This document shows positions 21,441 through 36,640 of a stretch of 64,000 bases of DNA, one piece after another. Within the stretch, counting starts at the first letter, position 1. The number at the start of each line of letters is the position of its first letter. The position numbers were made by a program, and so were the translations under genes. Below the pieces are notes generated by a model. The model saw only the letters and a list, made by a program, of their open reading frames with translations, did no database searches and was not told the DNA's origin. The stretch is from Octopus vulgaris (Eukaryota). Where the stretch lies: assembly GCA_951406725.2 (NCBI GenBank), contig OX597814.1, positions 203,236,001-203,300,000 on the forward strand. The letters run 5' to 3'.

Positions 21441-24400
21441 GTGTGTGTGTATACACACACTTACATACATGTTACTTTATATCAGATAAGAAAGATGTTT
21501 TTTTATTAAAACTAACACTTGTGAGTCAGTTCTCAGTTTCAGTTTTTTAAAAAACCACCTGATAAACACTCACTCACGCAAGCACACACACACACACACA
21601 CAGACAGGCATACACACAAATATGTGTTATCATCATCATTTAACATCCATGTTCCATGCTGGGCATGAATCAGATGGTATGACATGATCCAATGAGTCCA
21701 AGGACTGCATCATTCTCCAGTCTACTTTGGCATAATTTCTATGGCTGAACACCCTTCCTAATGTTATACATATTTTTATTTATACACACACACACATGCA
21801 TATACATGCATAAAAACAAGCATACATATATGTACAATAATTACTCCACTAATTTTGACAGAGAATATTTCTCCTCAATAAATTGCATGACCTTCACTTT
21901 GAATTAACATGTGGCTGAGCATTCATACATGTATATCATTAATGCAATATGGAGGTAGAATCAGCAAGACAAAGCATGTGACCAGGCATCCAATGTCCTT
22001 CTACCCAAATTCTACAGCAAAAAAAATCTGTTCTCCTCTCTCCCTTTCTCTCACACTTTAACCCCTCATCACCTTGCATAAAACTGCCTCCTTGGGGTTT
22101 GTAGTCGTGCAAGTGCAAGGGAGCTTCACTGGTGCTGGAAGCATAGGAAAAGTACCAAGTGCATACTGTAAAGTCATTGGTGTTAGGAAGGATACCCAGC
22201 TATAAAATCCATGGCAAAGCAGACATTGGAGCATAATGCAGTCTTTGGACATATCTCCTGACAAACCATGCCAGCATGGAAAAATGGACATTCAATGGTG
22301 ATGATATATTTTGTAAGATTTTGTTGTCTTATAACAGATGTGACCAGAACTCATCCCCTGTGTTCACATTTAAAACCACTCGTTGATGGGTGCTGGTGAA
22401 AGATAATGATTTAATCCTTGGGACCAAAACAATAATTTATGATGTTAGGCATCACTTATGAATATGTAAAATTCAGGATTATTTTTCTCTGCTCGTATGT
22501 TGGCCTCCATAGGTTTTTATGTATGTGTAATTGACTTAAAATATAAAATCTATGATTAGTTTAGTTTAGGACAATGGTTCTCAGCCTTCTAAAGCTCAGA
22601 AACCCCTTTCACTGCATGTTTTGCAAAAAAAAAAATAAAAAAATAAGCTGGAGCTAATTTTGCCCGAAGGTTTGTCATCCACATCCAGTAAGTGTCTATT
22701 TCGTAGATATTTACTTGGATTAGTGTCCCTACATTAAATATTTATGGAAATTACTAAAAACGGAGTAGGTGTGGCTGTGTGGTAAGAAGCTTGCTCCCCA
22801 ACCACACAGTTTCAGGTTCAGTCCCACTGCATGACTCCTTGGGCAAGTGTCTTCTACTACAGCCTCAGGCCAGCCAAAGCCTGGTGAGTGGATATGAAAG
22901 ACAGTAACTGAAAGAAGCCCCTCAAATATGTATATATCTGACAACTGGTATTGGTCACTGGCATGGATGTTTCTATATGTCACCATTGCTGGTGCTTTTA
23001 CATATCACCAGCACCAGCCGCAACTACAATTTCACTTGTTTTGATAAGTCTCTAGCACAGCAAATCACCAAAGGTCATGATCTCTTGTCATCGACTCTGT
23101 GAGACCCCACATTCAAAGATCATGCTTCACCACCTCATCCCATGTCTTCCTGTGTCTACCTCTACCACAGGGTCCCTCCACAGTTAGAGATCAGCACTTC
23201 TTTACACAGCTGTTCTCATCGTTATCTTGTTAAACTCTGGTATTTTATTGGTCTCTTTTGCCAAACTACTAAGTTACAGTGATGTAAACAAACCAACATA
23301 GGCTGTCAAACACAGACACATGCATTTTCCTCCTCCAAATTCACTCATTGGTTGGCCAAGAGTTAAATAGAAGAAACTTGCCCAAGGTGCCATGCATTAG
23401 AACTGAACCAGAAGCCACATAGTCGCAAAGCAAGTTTCATTACCATTCAGCTGTGCATAGTTTGTGATTGTTCACATTTAGGGAAGGGAAGGAAATTTTA
23501 ATGACTTGCTGAACTCTCAACTTTTTGATTATTACTGTCTTTCTCCTATTTGAAAAGGAGAATCGTTGCCCAAAATATTACAGAATTGTTAAACATATCT
23601 CATGTATAATCACTTTGTCTCTTATACAAATACAGTCTGACCCTTTTAGTTTCAACAGCTCAGTAGAAAGATCCTAAATTAAATTTATGTCTTTTTATTT
23701 CTTCAAGAATTTTTTAATAGAAATTACATAGAATTTTTTCTTCTTTTTTTTTTCAGAAAAACAGAATTTTGGTATATATTTGAAGTGATAGTTTTCATTT
23801 CAATACATTCTTTAGTCTGTCCTCTATCTATTAACATTGGCTTTAGTGTAAGAAGGAAGGTCAATGGTGCAAGATTTAGTCAAGACAGCCTAATAGTATT
23901 TAGGTTCACAGAAGAAATTGTTGAAGTGAAGCTGATGTAGATTGAGGAAGTCCCTTTTTGTTTTTTAACTTCACTAAAATCATATCAACTACAATATTGT
24001 TTATATACAATGTTGCTGAAAAGTGAAAAATTACCTTTAAATCTTTTTAAAACATTAATTCCATGCCATTTCACTGTCGTTATTATTTTGCCAACGCTAA
24101 ATTCTGCATTCATCAATACTTTAATAACAATGTATTGTTATTATTATTATTATTATTATAACACTACATAGCATTTATTTGAATTTAAGTATTTTTATAC
24201 AAAGTAAATATCTGAACTTGAAGAAATGTTTCTGTGCTCTGATAGAAATAAGCTGTTCAACAAATGTTCTGTAATATTGTTGCTAATCCTAATCTCTTTT
24301 GAACGTAAATAGCCATAAGATCTGAGAAAAGAAACTCTTCTGTTCAATGCTACTCAAACATAGTCAGTAATACTTTAATGCAGTATGCAAGTTGTGGAAA

Positions 24401-26000
24401 TTTAAAATGAACCCTGCTCAGATATAGAGACATAAAGCCTTTCCCTGCAGATAGCTGTAGTATATGCTGCAATGACAAAGATATAAATCTATATGATCAT
24501 CATATTTTAACATCTGCTTTCCATGCTGGCATGGGTTGGACAGTTTGACCAGAGCTGGTTCTAGTCTGGTTTGGCTTGGTTTTTACATCTGGATACTCTT
24601 CCAAATGCCAACTACTTTACAATGTGTGCTGGGGGCTTTTAACGTGGCACCAGCATGATGTGATATATATATATATATAAATGGGGTTCCTAACATTTTT
24701 ACATGGACCATTTGAAAATTGTGAATTTTAAAACTTGAAACCTAAGGTAGTTCAGAGAATCCACAAATAATGTATTTATCCACCAAAGCAGTGTTGAATA
24801 CACATTCTCAGTGTTCACTATCATGTGTATGTATATATATATATGATATAATAATTGTAATTAAGTTTAATTGATAAGGGAATTAAGAATGGAGAGTTGA
24901 CCCTAACAGGTTTTATTTTGTATTTTGGGTTTTCAATCAAATTTTGCTTCTTCCTTCCTACATTTCTTCATGTTATCTCTGTTTCCCCATGCTAACATGG
25001 GTTTGAGAAATATATGATTGAGGCATTATTTCAGTTGGATGCCCCTCCTGTCATTAACCCTTACCTGTTTTTCAGACAAAAGATCTCTTCTTTCACACAT
25101 CTTTAAAGGTACAAAAACTAATGGATGATTTGAGGGTGGGAAATGACCACCACTACTTGTAGCTCAGTGTAATATTCAGAAAAAACAAATACAACACATA
25201 CATAAGATTTTGTTTGCACATATATATATGAATAAGGCTTTAGATACAATATAAATCATTGACAGAGCTTGTATTCTGTCCCCAAATCTTCTTCTAATCA
25301 CACCCTACTGGACATACCAGACAACTTAATCCTAGATATACTAAAAGTTTGGGAAGGTTAAGGCTGATTGTTTATGATCGTAAATCTCACCTGACAATCC
25401 TTTCTACTATAGTCAAAAGGCCTGAAATTTTGAGGGAGGGGGCCTGTCAATCAGATCGACCCCAGTACACCACTGTTACTTAATTTATCGACCCTGAAAG
25501 GATGAAAGGCAAAGTTGACCTTGGTGGATTTTGAACTCAGAATGGAGCAACGGGCGAAATACTGCAAAGCATTTTGTCCAGCATGCTAACGATTCTGCCA
25601 ACTTGCCTCCTTAATCTCACCTAGTGCTAAACAACATCTCAGTTCAAACTCATCATGCAATATGAATAGTAAACCAAAGGTGACAAGCTGGCAGAATCGT
25701 TAGCATACCAGGCATTTTGTTTGTCTTTACATTCTGAGTTCAAATTCAGTTGAGGATAACTTTGCTTTTCACATTTTCGGAATTGATAAAATAAGTAGCA
25801 GTTGAATGCTGAGATCGTTGTAATCAACTTGCCCCCTCCCTCAAAATTGCTGGTGTCTTGCAATATAAATGCTAAACCTCAACTATCTTCAAACTGTTAT
25901 AGGTATCACTTCTCTTGCCCTCCACCCTACTTCCATATTTCACATAAATCGAGTTAAGTCCAGGTTTGCAACTCTAAACAACAAACTTCACAATGTAGTA

Positions 26001-27417
26001 CAGTGGTTCCCAAACCCTTTTATTTAAATGAATTTTCCATGGACCCCTTTTAATATGCTTATCCTTATATATATATAGAGAGAGAGAGATAGATATATAT
26101 TTGTATATACATTATTTACATTTGATGGATATTTGTCCTCATCTTGTTGTTATACCCTCTAGTCTTCATCAGGTGTCTTGGGGAACCTGGGTTCTCATTC
26201 CTAAAGTATTTTTTCAATGTTATTATTTTTATTATTATACTTGTTATTATTTTTATTATTATGAACTTGGAATCTTGGGGTTAGTAGCCTGCACCCTTAA
26301 TCACTACACCATATGCCATGGGCAATTATGGAGTGAATTTTAGGGCTTATAAATCTAATATTTTCCTAATTTCCTTAATACCAGTTCCCATATTCTACTC
26401 ATATCTGCTCTCGGTCTGCTTTTAGTTTCCGTATTTTCCAGTGGTGTTCTCTATTAACTTCATCCTACAGGGGGAGGTGGTCTCCATTTTCCCATACATG
26501 ATCAGCTATACTCGATTTATCAATATCTCCCAGTTTTGCGATGTTCGTCTCCTTTTATTTTGAGGGGGTGACATATTTCACCTTTGTATAACCTACCATA
26601 GCTGCATGGGATGGAGTACATGCAGTTTTTGGTCATATTCTCTTCTATTGGTGGTTTTACTCGAAGGCGATATTTGTGAAGTGTTGTATTACTCTTGAAT
26701 ACTGTCCTGATATCATATGGGCTGCATATCTTTTATATCTTTTCGGAGAGGCCTTTCACATAGGGTAGAAAGACTGTGGACAATTTATTGGTTTCCTCCT
26801 CTCTTTTCTTCGTAATTGGAGTGGATAGTATGTTTTTGGGGTTAGTCGTTGCTTAATAGATCGTTATTGAGCTTCATCATTTCTTCGTGGTGTGTATCAT
26901 GATTGCTACTTATATTCTTTGCATGATGTTTTAGGTACTGAGCAATCCTTCTCTTTACACTGTATGGATGGTGGGAATTGAAGTTGAGGTATCGTCCAGT
27001 GAAGGTTGGCTTGCAGTATACGGATGTCCTGAATCCATACTTGTGTGTTATTAATACATCCAGGAATGCTAGCTGATTGTCTTTTTCCTTTTCCATTGTG
27101 ATCTGTATGGATGGCTTTATTGAGTTCACATGATCTAACAGCGCTTGGACATCTTCCTGGTGAGGCCAGAGTATAAAGGTGTCATCAACATATCGTAGCC
27201 ACAGGGTTGGTTTTAATGGTGTTGATCCTAAAGCCAAATTCTCAAAGTATTCCATGTATATTAATATATATATATATATTTATAAGTGTGTATACATACA
27301 AAAATACATACATACATACATACATATATATACGAAATTTTGAATTTAGTTCATGGACCCCCAGTGCTACCTTTGCAGACCATCAGGGGTCCACAGACCC
27401 CAAGTTGGGAACTACTG
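26001..27417. mobile_element. hAT-type MITE interrupted by the PLE insertion
   Basis: Termini CAGTGGTTCCCAA and TTGGGAACTACTG; 8-bp flanks atgtagta and atctagta (one mismatch). Confidence 0.7.
26114..27255 (-). mobile_element. 5'-truncated Penelope-like element (RT C-terminal part, GIY-YIG endonuclease, terminal repeat remnant), pseudogenised
   Basis: LWLRYVDDTF...FLDVLI...VYCKPTFTGRYLNFNSHHP (PLE RT), then LPYVKGLSEKI* and NCMYSIPCSYGRLYKGE (GIY-YIG-like) with stops and frameshifts; hammerhead remnant near 26165. Confidence 0.9.
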
Positions 27418-28236
27418 ATCTAGTACTTTACACCTACCTGAGATCAACCACAATACAGTACTATCACATACGCATACATACCTGATACCAGCCATATGGT
27501 TACATGCACATTACATGAGAACAATCTTATATCTGCAAGCACAAACGTTACTTAATACCATTCTCACACACACACACACACACACACAAATTCTGCATTG
27601 CATCATGGGAAAAAATAGCAGCCAGGTAATCTACACTTACCAACACCCTGCACCTACTGGTACCTTCTGTCTCATTGTTCTCTGTCTCTTCTACTGCTAC
27701 TACAATGGTTTCAGTTTGCTGTGTTTGTGCAATCTTTCCTAAACTCGTACAGTGCACGTCTCTCTCTCTCTATCTCTCTCTCCTCTACCTGTCATTGTGT
27801 CATCTCCTGCCTGACAACCCATACTTTTCACTTCCTCTCAACCTCGACACTCTAAAAGCCACACCATGCTTTACACCCTGTTAAGCTACCACAATAATCT
27901 TATCTTTAACAAAATCTTGTTATCCCAAAAGTCATGTAACATAAAGTAGAGGAAAATTCTCAGTATTTATGATGGGCTGAAATTTGGTATCAATTTCTAA
28001 TTGGAGCAATTTTCTTGTTAATTATATATATCGGCAAATGTATAAATGTCACACATTCTAATGTTAACAACTGAAATCTCGTTCAGATATTGCTATCTTT
28101 CAGTCTAAGGAGGTGTTTGGGGATTTTTAAAGTCAGTCAGCAGTGATCTTACTCCATCTCAGTTTAATAAATTTGTTAAGTCATTATCTAATCTACTTCT
28201 GCATCTTGCTGACTGTTTTTCTTGTTTCTTTTGCAG

Positions 28237-28591
28237 CGCTCGCCGCCCTGATCTTGTCCGTGCAACGCGACATGATGGCCATGAAAGCCAGCAGTTACTT
28301 TCACCCAGCATGAGAGCTGGTGCCAAAGACAATGCTTATACTCACCTCCGCAAATCGACCGGCCCCATGGGTGGAGTCAGTCTGCCTGGACTCGGTCCCG
28401 AACGCCACTTCATGGACTCTGCATCACCCTCTTCCAACACTCCGTCACGAAACACACTGGAAACTGACTATGCCATTCCTGCGATTCCAGATCCTGATTA
28501 TGAAGATTTCCCACCACCGCCACCCCACCTTGAAGACCCCTACATGATGGTTTCGACTCCAAAATTAGCTTCTTTTAGGTCCAAAGTATGA
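28237..28591 (+). CDS. Cadherin terminal coding exon (cytoplasmic tail ending RSKV*)
   Basis: Branch-like gctgac, long pyrimidine tract and ttgcag| acceptor; the phase-2 join gives HARRPDLVRATRHDGHESQQLLSPSMRAG...DYAIPAIPDPDYEDFPPPPPHLEDPYMMVSTPKLASFRSKV*, continuous with ORF 28310..28591. Confidence 0.85.
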
Positions 28592-28796
28592 TAACCTGTA
28601 CATAGAAGCATCTCGTAAGATATTTCAGCTGGAACACTTTCATATCAAACAATGTTAAGAAACCAAAGAGTTCCTTTCCTATAGCTCTACATATGGATAA
28701 ACTGTCTGTAACACACTCACACACCCTTGAAAGTGTTGCATATGTATGTCTCTTGGGATGTGTGTCCCTTTCTTTCCAACCCTATCTCTTCTCTAT

Positions 28797-28914
28797 CACA
28801 TATACACACACACACACACATGTATATGTGTATGTGTATACTTTCTCATACATGCTTTCAAGCATCTGTATGTGTATGTATATATATATATATATATATG
28901 TGCATATACATATG

Positions 28915-28947
<33 letters not shown>

Positions 28948-29113
28948 TATATATACATATATGTATGTGTGCATGTATGTATATTTATATATATATACAT
29001 GTATAATATATGTATATACATGTATAATATATATGTATATACATGTATAATATATATATATATATACATGTATATGTATATATATATACATGTATAATAT
29101 ATGAAAGTATATA

Positions 29114-29153
<40 letters not shown>

Positions 29154-29261
29154 CATACATATATATATATGCATGCATTATATATATATATATACATACA
29201 TATACCTACACATATATACATACATATATATATACATGTATATACATACACATATACATGC

Positions 29262-29292
<31 letters not shown>

Positions 29293-29293
29293 C
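28797..29293. repeat. Long compound (TA)/(TG)/(CA) microsatellite in the cadherin 3' UTR region
   Basis: Direct reading. Confidence 0.95.
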
Positions 29294-32200
29294 TACCTCT
29301 ATCTCATGTATCTAGCTGTATATAAATAACCAACTTCTTTAAGTTTGCTCTCTGCTTCCAACTCTGACTTTAATTATTTCCATTTCCAATGTAAGTGGGT
29401 TAAACATTGCCCTAGTCTTCTGATTTTTTTTTGTTCAGTTGTCTATCTCCATGAGATGCTATACAAAAAAAAAAGAAAAAAAAACAAAAAGCAAAGTATC
29501 ATTTCCTGTTGTCTCTCTCTGAACAAGTTGTGCAATAAACAAAACAGAGACAATATTCCATTTTCTTTAGAATTGATGTTAGGGTTCTAAAAGTTAAGGT
29601 GCTCATTAGTCTTTTCTCAATACCTTATTAAACAAAGCCTCAAGTTATAGAGTGTAACAGGGGGCTCATAATGTATACCATTACATGCATATAAGATAAA
29701 TAAAATATTCTCTTGTTGAAATCAGAATACACTGACTGATGAATGGGTTAGATAAAGCTCATCTTTTTTATCTACGGTGTATTTCAAATTTTTTTCTGAT
29801 AATAAATTAAAAGAATGTCTAAAAGAAAACCAGAAGCATGTACACATGAGCAGGTAACAACAATCTAAATGGATAAATGAGCAGAAATAATTTAGTGGAT
29901 ATTCATGCATTGAAAATATTTTAAATAACTGTAATATTTTTTAATGCAAATTCATTTCAATACCACCCTTTACTTTGCTCAAATTCTCATTAAATAATTC
30001 TTAATTGTTATTAGATGTTAACAACTTGTGCATTTGGTATAAGAATACAATTCAAAAATATCACCTTAGAATGGGAGGCTTGTTGAAACTTTGTAATTCT
30101 TCAAAAAATATATATGCTGTTCTCTATTCAGACATGATTTTTATTGATGTTTTTAAATGATAGTATTGAAATACTAAACTGTATCAATATTTGGTTGAAT
30201 ATCCACAATCACAAGCTATGGTATTGCCAATATGTTTTGTATTTGATAGAACAGCACTCGACAAAGTTTTAAACTCAAAAACAATAATAACCTATAATTT
30301 TATAATTAATACCTGCTGATCTCATTTGTTAATGAACTACAATTAATTCTAACCAGAAATTTACAATGAATTATTGTATGTAATATTAGTTAAGATTATA
30401 AATTTTCCAAAAACTAATAATCTCATCTTTAGAGTGTATATTTAGAATATTTATATCTACTCTACATTTAAACCAGTCTAATATCCGTATGTCATCAAAT
30501 ATCTTATTCCTGGTCAACATGTATTTGGTTTTTTCACCTTTTCTTCACAACGACACCCAACATTTTTTCGTTTTTTGTTTTTTTTTTTTTTTTTTTTTCT
30601 CTCTCAGTGTTAGTTATTTCAAAGGACCTGGTGTTGTATAAATCAGCCATGTAGAAAATTCATGGGGACTGAATTATCTGTCAATGATTTTATTATGATG
30701 AACATTGTTAGAACTCAAACTCTCAGAAGTAGAGTTGAACCCCCTCCCACCACCACCACCACCACCTTGAAAAGGAAGATTCCATCACATGGAATCTCCT
30801 GGCCCCTATACTTAACAGATGGCTTCTAATTCTTGAGCTTCCTAAAACATTCCCTTCCACCACTCAATTATTTTATGCCATTCTTATTTTTATTATTATT
30901 ATCCTCTGTATTCTACGACAACATACACACTGAAGCTAACAAGGAAGCCTCTACATGATTGCTCAAACTGCTAGATATAGCAAACCTCCCTCAAATCACA
31001 CCCTTTCATTTCAAAAATAAAAAAGAAACAAAAAAAGAAGGATGCGTTAGATAGTCCTCTGTACACTTGAATATGATGGGATGGTCATGGCTATAATACT
31101 TTTGATTGTAGGTCTGCTCTATCAAGATTGACCTAGGGTTAAACATCATCAAACTTATATGCTTAACGAAATACCAGAAATTAAATTTTATTTTCAAAAA
31201 ATATCTTCCCCTATATTAATTGTTTCTATTATTTTATAAGAGAGGACCAAGTTAGTAAGTTAATAATAATTATTATATTGCTAATTGTTAAATAAAAATG
31301 CAGGAAAAGCTTTATCTTTTGTTTTAATTAGGTAAAACCACAGAGTCAGCTATATGATAATTTATTCACAATTATAAGATTCTTAATTAACAACGCAAAA
31401 ATAAAAATAATATTCAGTGCAACTTTATAAACAATTTTTTTTTTTTTTGTTTTTAAAACTTTGGCAAAGAACTGGTTATTTTAGCAAAACTTGTAGTTGA
31501 CAGATAGGTAAGTAGGTGTGTGTGTGTGTGTATATATGTATATTCATATATATATATATACACACATACATATACATACACACATATACATGTACACATA
31601 TACACACACACACACACACAAGGTACACAGATGTTAAATGCTTGACAGAAATAGGCGATCCTTTAATCTGTTTCTAAATTAAGTTTTTTAATGCTTTGTT
31701 GGTACAAAAACTTTTTGGGCATTTCACAGAAAGCAAAACATATTCTAAAGCAAATTATGAAGAATTTGAATGGAATGTTCCAGAAATCATTTTTTTGGTA
31801 ATCTTAGACTATGGAATGAACTTGTATATGTAGAAACACAAACACAAGTTGATAAAACAACAATAGTTGTATAATAAATACACACACCTCTGACCCAAGT
31901 TCATGCTGAGACACAGGACCTATAAAAGGGAAAAGGTTCAACTGATAAGTCTGTTTTAGGGCCCAAATGGCCAAGCTGGAACCTGGAACTATATGCTAGG
32001 CTTCACACTAAAATAGAAAAAACTAACAGTTTCCTTGGATTTCAGAGAACTCTTGGAGGTTCCTGCACACATACAGAATTTTCTTTTTATGCTTTTTAAA
32101 GAGACTAACAGCTTCCTTGAGTTTTGAGAGGGTCACAGTCTTCATCCATCTTGCCAAATTTCTCTTGTAGGCCTTGCGCATACACACACACACACACACA

Positions 32201-33744
32201 CAGATAACTAAATTTCTCTAAATATATCTGAAAATTCAATCCAATGAATTTATTAAAAATCTATAGGTAATCAAAGTAAAACAAAAGAAAAATACATTGA
32301 AAAAATATATAAAACATCAATAACTTGAGTTGTACCTAAAGATTTTGAAATATGAAGATACTAAGTTCAACTATGAAGTTATTCCATTAAAAAAACAATA
32401 GTTCATATAATTAATCGTGCTGATCTGTTGACATACAGAAGTTCTGTCAAGTCATTTATTGAATGTATATCAACCAGTTCTATGAATAGTCAAATATATC
32501 ATCTAGCATAAAAGCATAAATTTCACATCAGAACACATATTTTGTGCTCAACAGCTGTTTCATAAAGATAACGCCACTAGATGTATGATTATATAATTAT
32601 GAAACATAATTAATTTAATTAAATTTACTACAATGTTGGAGTTTAACTACCTGTTATTAATTAAATATATGTTTTAGTTAAATGTAGAAAATGCACAGAC
32701 ATACACCAAAGAAAAGGCACATTTTGATAGCAGCCGACAACATAGAGAGAAAACTGTCATAAAAGCATTTTTTTCTTAATTATTAATTGCACTGATTGTC
32801 ATGTAACATTTAATCAAAATTTAACTAATTAAGTTTATCAATAAACTGCTGAAAAGAAAGAAAAAGATTTTATCTTGAGTTTTTTTTTTTTTATATATAT
32901 ATAAGTCATTGTTATAACAATACAAACTGGGTATGGTAATAATTTGAGAAGACTATGAAAATAAATAACGGCTTGTTATATAAAAGCAAGCATGAGGCTG
33001 CCCAGTTGTAACACCAACACCTGGTTCATGGGTGACTTTAGCGGTGGAGTTCACTCTGTTGCAAGCATTCTGGTCAGGTTTTCGGGTCTGATGATAACTC
33101 CCTTCACCTCCTCTTGTCCCTCCTACTACCAATTTCAGAAGAGGGAAACCCTTAAATAAAAAGGGTCATAAGGCGTCCCCCCACCTTCCACTTCCTCCTC
33201 TGACTGAGTCATTAAAAAAGAAAAACGAGAATCAAGTTTTCAGTTGATTACAAACATTTTTTTTATGACTTCTAATAATGATGATGATAATAATAATGAT
33301 GATGATGATGATGATGATGAAAGACATGTTGTACACAATATTAACAAATATTGTAAAACATACAAGTGATTGGAGATTATATAAAACTGAGAACTGGGCG
33401 AAAATCACAACAATGAGGACAAATTAATTCAATTTAAATAAAAGCAAAAACTAAATCTGTAAAACAAAGTCCTGTTTCCTTTGAGGTGTAATTTATAATT
33501 CTGTATATTTGCAGCCCATGTAATGTTTTTTTGTAATTTTTTTTAATGAATGTATTTATGTTTATTATTATTATTATTATTTAACTCCTTCTAATATGAA
33601 CCTGTCTCTCTATCTCTATACAAATATATATTCTATCTGTAATGTAAATGTGGTAGTTGTTAATTGTACATGCATAAGTAAGTGCACACATATTAATGTA
33701 TCCCTACATATATGTGTCCAACATGAAACTGTCTAAACATGTAA

Positions 33745-34115
33745 GCATGTACATATATGTACATATACATACGTGTGTTTGTGTGTGTGTGTATATATAT
33801 ATACACACATATATATGCATAAACATGTATACATATGTGTATATACACATGGTTATATATATATATATACATACATATGTGTGTATGTGTATATATATAT
33901 ATATGAATGCATGTATATGTGTGTGTGTATATATATATATTTATATATGTATATATACATACATAAATATATATATACATGTATTTATATAAATATGTGT
34001 ATATATGTATTTATTTATATGTATATATATATGTATATATATGTGTATATATATATGTATATATATGTGTATAAATGTGTATAAACACACATATATACAC
34101 ACACACATGTATATA
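33745..34115. repeat. Compound (TA)/(TG) microsatellite
   Basis: Direct reading. Confidence 0.95.
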
Positions 34116-36277
34116 AGCTTTCCTGTTGCACCGAATTATTTCAACACGTACTTTCAATATCACCGTTTGTAATTTAAAAAGAAAATTCAAGAAAATAAAA
34201 TAAACACTGCTACAAATTGAACTCCCTGTATCTTAATGAATGTGATTCCACAATTTTGTTCACCTATTCCTGCCGTCTACATTGACAAGATGTTCAATAT
34301 CAAATACCTTTTTAATACATTATCCATCACAACTCTTTTGTCAACTAATATATTTTGATTTTCTGCAATGAGACCAAACTCTGTGTATGTACATGCATGT
34401 GTGTGCGTGTGTGTGTGTTTGTGCGTGCATGAACATGTGTGAATCGGTAAGCTTGTGTATGAATGTGTGTATCTGTGAATCTGATACATTTATTAGCTGT
34501 CTCTTCAAAACACATAACTAAAAAGAACGGAGATAAATTAGCAAAGGAAATGTATTATTTGTTCCTTTTTGGAATCAATCAAATCTTGTGTGTGTATGTA
34601 TGCACTCTAAACCAACACTATTACATTAAAAACAAAAAAGAAAAAAAAGCTGAATTCAAAGCAAACATGGATATTATTATTATTATTATTATTATTATTT
34701 GATCTTAAATTGACATTCAATCCCAGTATGTTATCCATTGATTAAACACTTTTAAGCTTCAATATCAGAACATCTGATGACATTCAATGATAAACTAAAA
34801 TGTCTTCAACATGTCAAGTTCTTCCCTATGGTTGGCAGGTTATTTTGGCAACTAAGCATTCATATTTATTGTTGTTATTATTATTATCATTATTATTATT
34901 CTGCCTAGGTCAACTTTACCTTTCATCCTTTCGGGGTTAAAAAAATAAAGTACCAGTCAAGTGCTGGGGTTGATGTATTCAACTAATTAATACCCACACC
35001 CCTAAAATTGCAGGCCTTGTGCCAAAATTTGAAACCATTATTATTATTATTATTATTATTATTATGGAATGAAAGAGACAGAAAAAAAATTTAATGATTT
35101 CCTCTACAACACAGTAATTAAATAACAAAGCATTTTTTACTGGCAAATGACACTTGTGGAATGGAGTGTTTACTTCTAAAATGAAACAGGACTTCCATTG
35201 CATCCGAAACAAAACCAAAAAAAAAATAAAATAACCTGAAATCAAATCAGGTTTATCTTTGTATACACAAAAATAGTTATAAAATCCAGTTGGAAAATTT
35301 TCTCCATCTTCCCTTTACAAATTGACTTATAATTTACTAGACTAATTTGTATGCCTGGTTAATGATTTCTTGTAATTAATTCATGTATTAGAAAAATAAA
35401 TAAAAGAAAAAGAAAAAAAATTATTACAGCATATCATCAAACAGACAAATTTATTGTTTTAACAAAACAATAAATACGAATTAATTGAACTGTAGTTCAA
35501 TAATCAGATGAATGAATTTACAAATAAATATTGATACACAAAAAAAAAGAGTAAAAAAAAATGAAAAAGAAACAACATACAAAAATAAATACAAATCTTG
35601 CATTGATTTTTTTTGTGGGGGGAGGTATGTATGTAAAAACTTTTGTGTTTGGTTTTATTAATTTTTTTTTTTAATTGTTGTTGAAAATTTGACATTTTGT
35701 TGTTGTGTTGTTATTTTTCTCTCATTTTCTCTGGAATTTTTATTTTCATCTTGTTTGAAATATCATTATTGAAAAGAATAAAGTTTGGGAAAAAAAATAC
35801 AAAAAAAAAACAATAAAGATTTTCTAACATGTGTAAATTGAAAAAAAAAGAATATTTGTTAACCATTTTCGGTGATCCTGAAAACATTCCCTTCAGTTGT
35901 TTTACACTGAATATCCCGTGGCTAAAGGTTGGTTTCGACAACTATTTCATAACTACTTTATCGACAACAGTTTTATTGCTTTCAAATTCTATTCTTCCCA
36001 TCATTGTTTTATTGTTTCTTTCTTTGGTTCATTGGCTTATAAATTCCCTTTTTTCCTTCATTAAAATTACCGTAAAGAATCTTGATACCAAAATAGTCCT
36101 TGTATATATTCAAACACATAACATATATACATGCAAAAATATACACACACACTTTGTAGGGGCTGTATTAGTGTGACCCTGGTACAGCCTTCTGGCTTGC
36201 CAGTCCTCAGTCAAACTGTCCAACCCATGCCAGCATGGAAAGTGGACGTTAAATGACGATGATACATACATATTATA

Positions 36278-36309
<32 letters not shown>

Positions 36310-36397
36310 ATTAGGGAGTGTAACTCCAAACTTACAGGGAAAAATTCAGTTTAGTATTAAATCAAATTTCACAGTATAAATACATAAAATATAAATT

Positions 36398-36540
36398 AGA
36401 GATAAAATCACTATTATGCAACTCAGTGATAGACATAAACCAATACATAAATAACCAATATAAAAAAAATTTATATATTGGTTATGTATTGGTTTATGTC
36501 TATCACTGTTTGAGTTGCATAATAGTGATTTTATCTCTAA
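36398..36540. repeat. Inverted repeat with arms of about 55 bp, next to the G3-C8 hammerhead fold-back
   Basis: agagataaaatcactattatgcaactca...atacataa versus ttatgtatt...tgagttgcataatagtgattttatctct; no hammerhead core seen. Confidence 0.8.
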
Positions 36541-36543
36541 TTC

Positions 36544-36581
<38 letters not shown>

Positions 36582-36640
36582 GGAGATGTACTTGCATAGC
36601 GAGTGACTTGATCTGAGATTATGTGCTGGAATGAAAACAA

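Noticed and set aside
28693-29329. Many overlapping ORFs rich in Y/I/C/V/H/T (also 21025-21304 and 33693-34084)
   Set aside because: Translations of (TA)/(CA)/(TG) microsatellites; not genes
30774-30799. Short hairpin in the cadherin downstream region (similar 11-bp hairpin at 55140-55169)
   Set aside because: No recognisable RNA motif; short hairpins of this size are weak evidence alone
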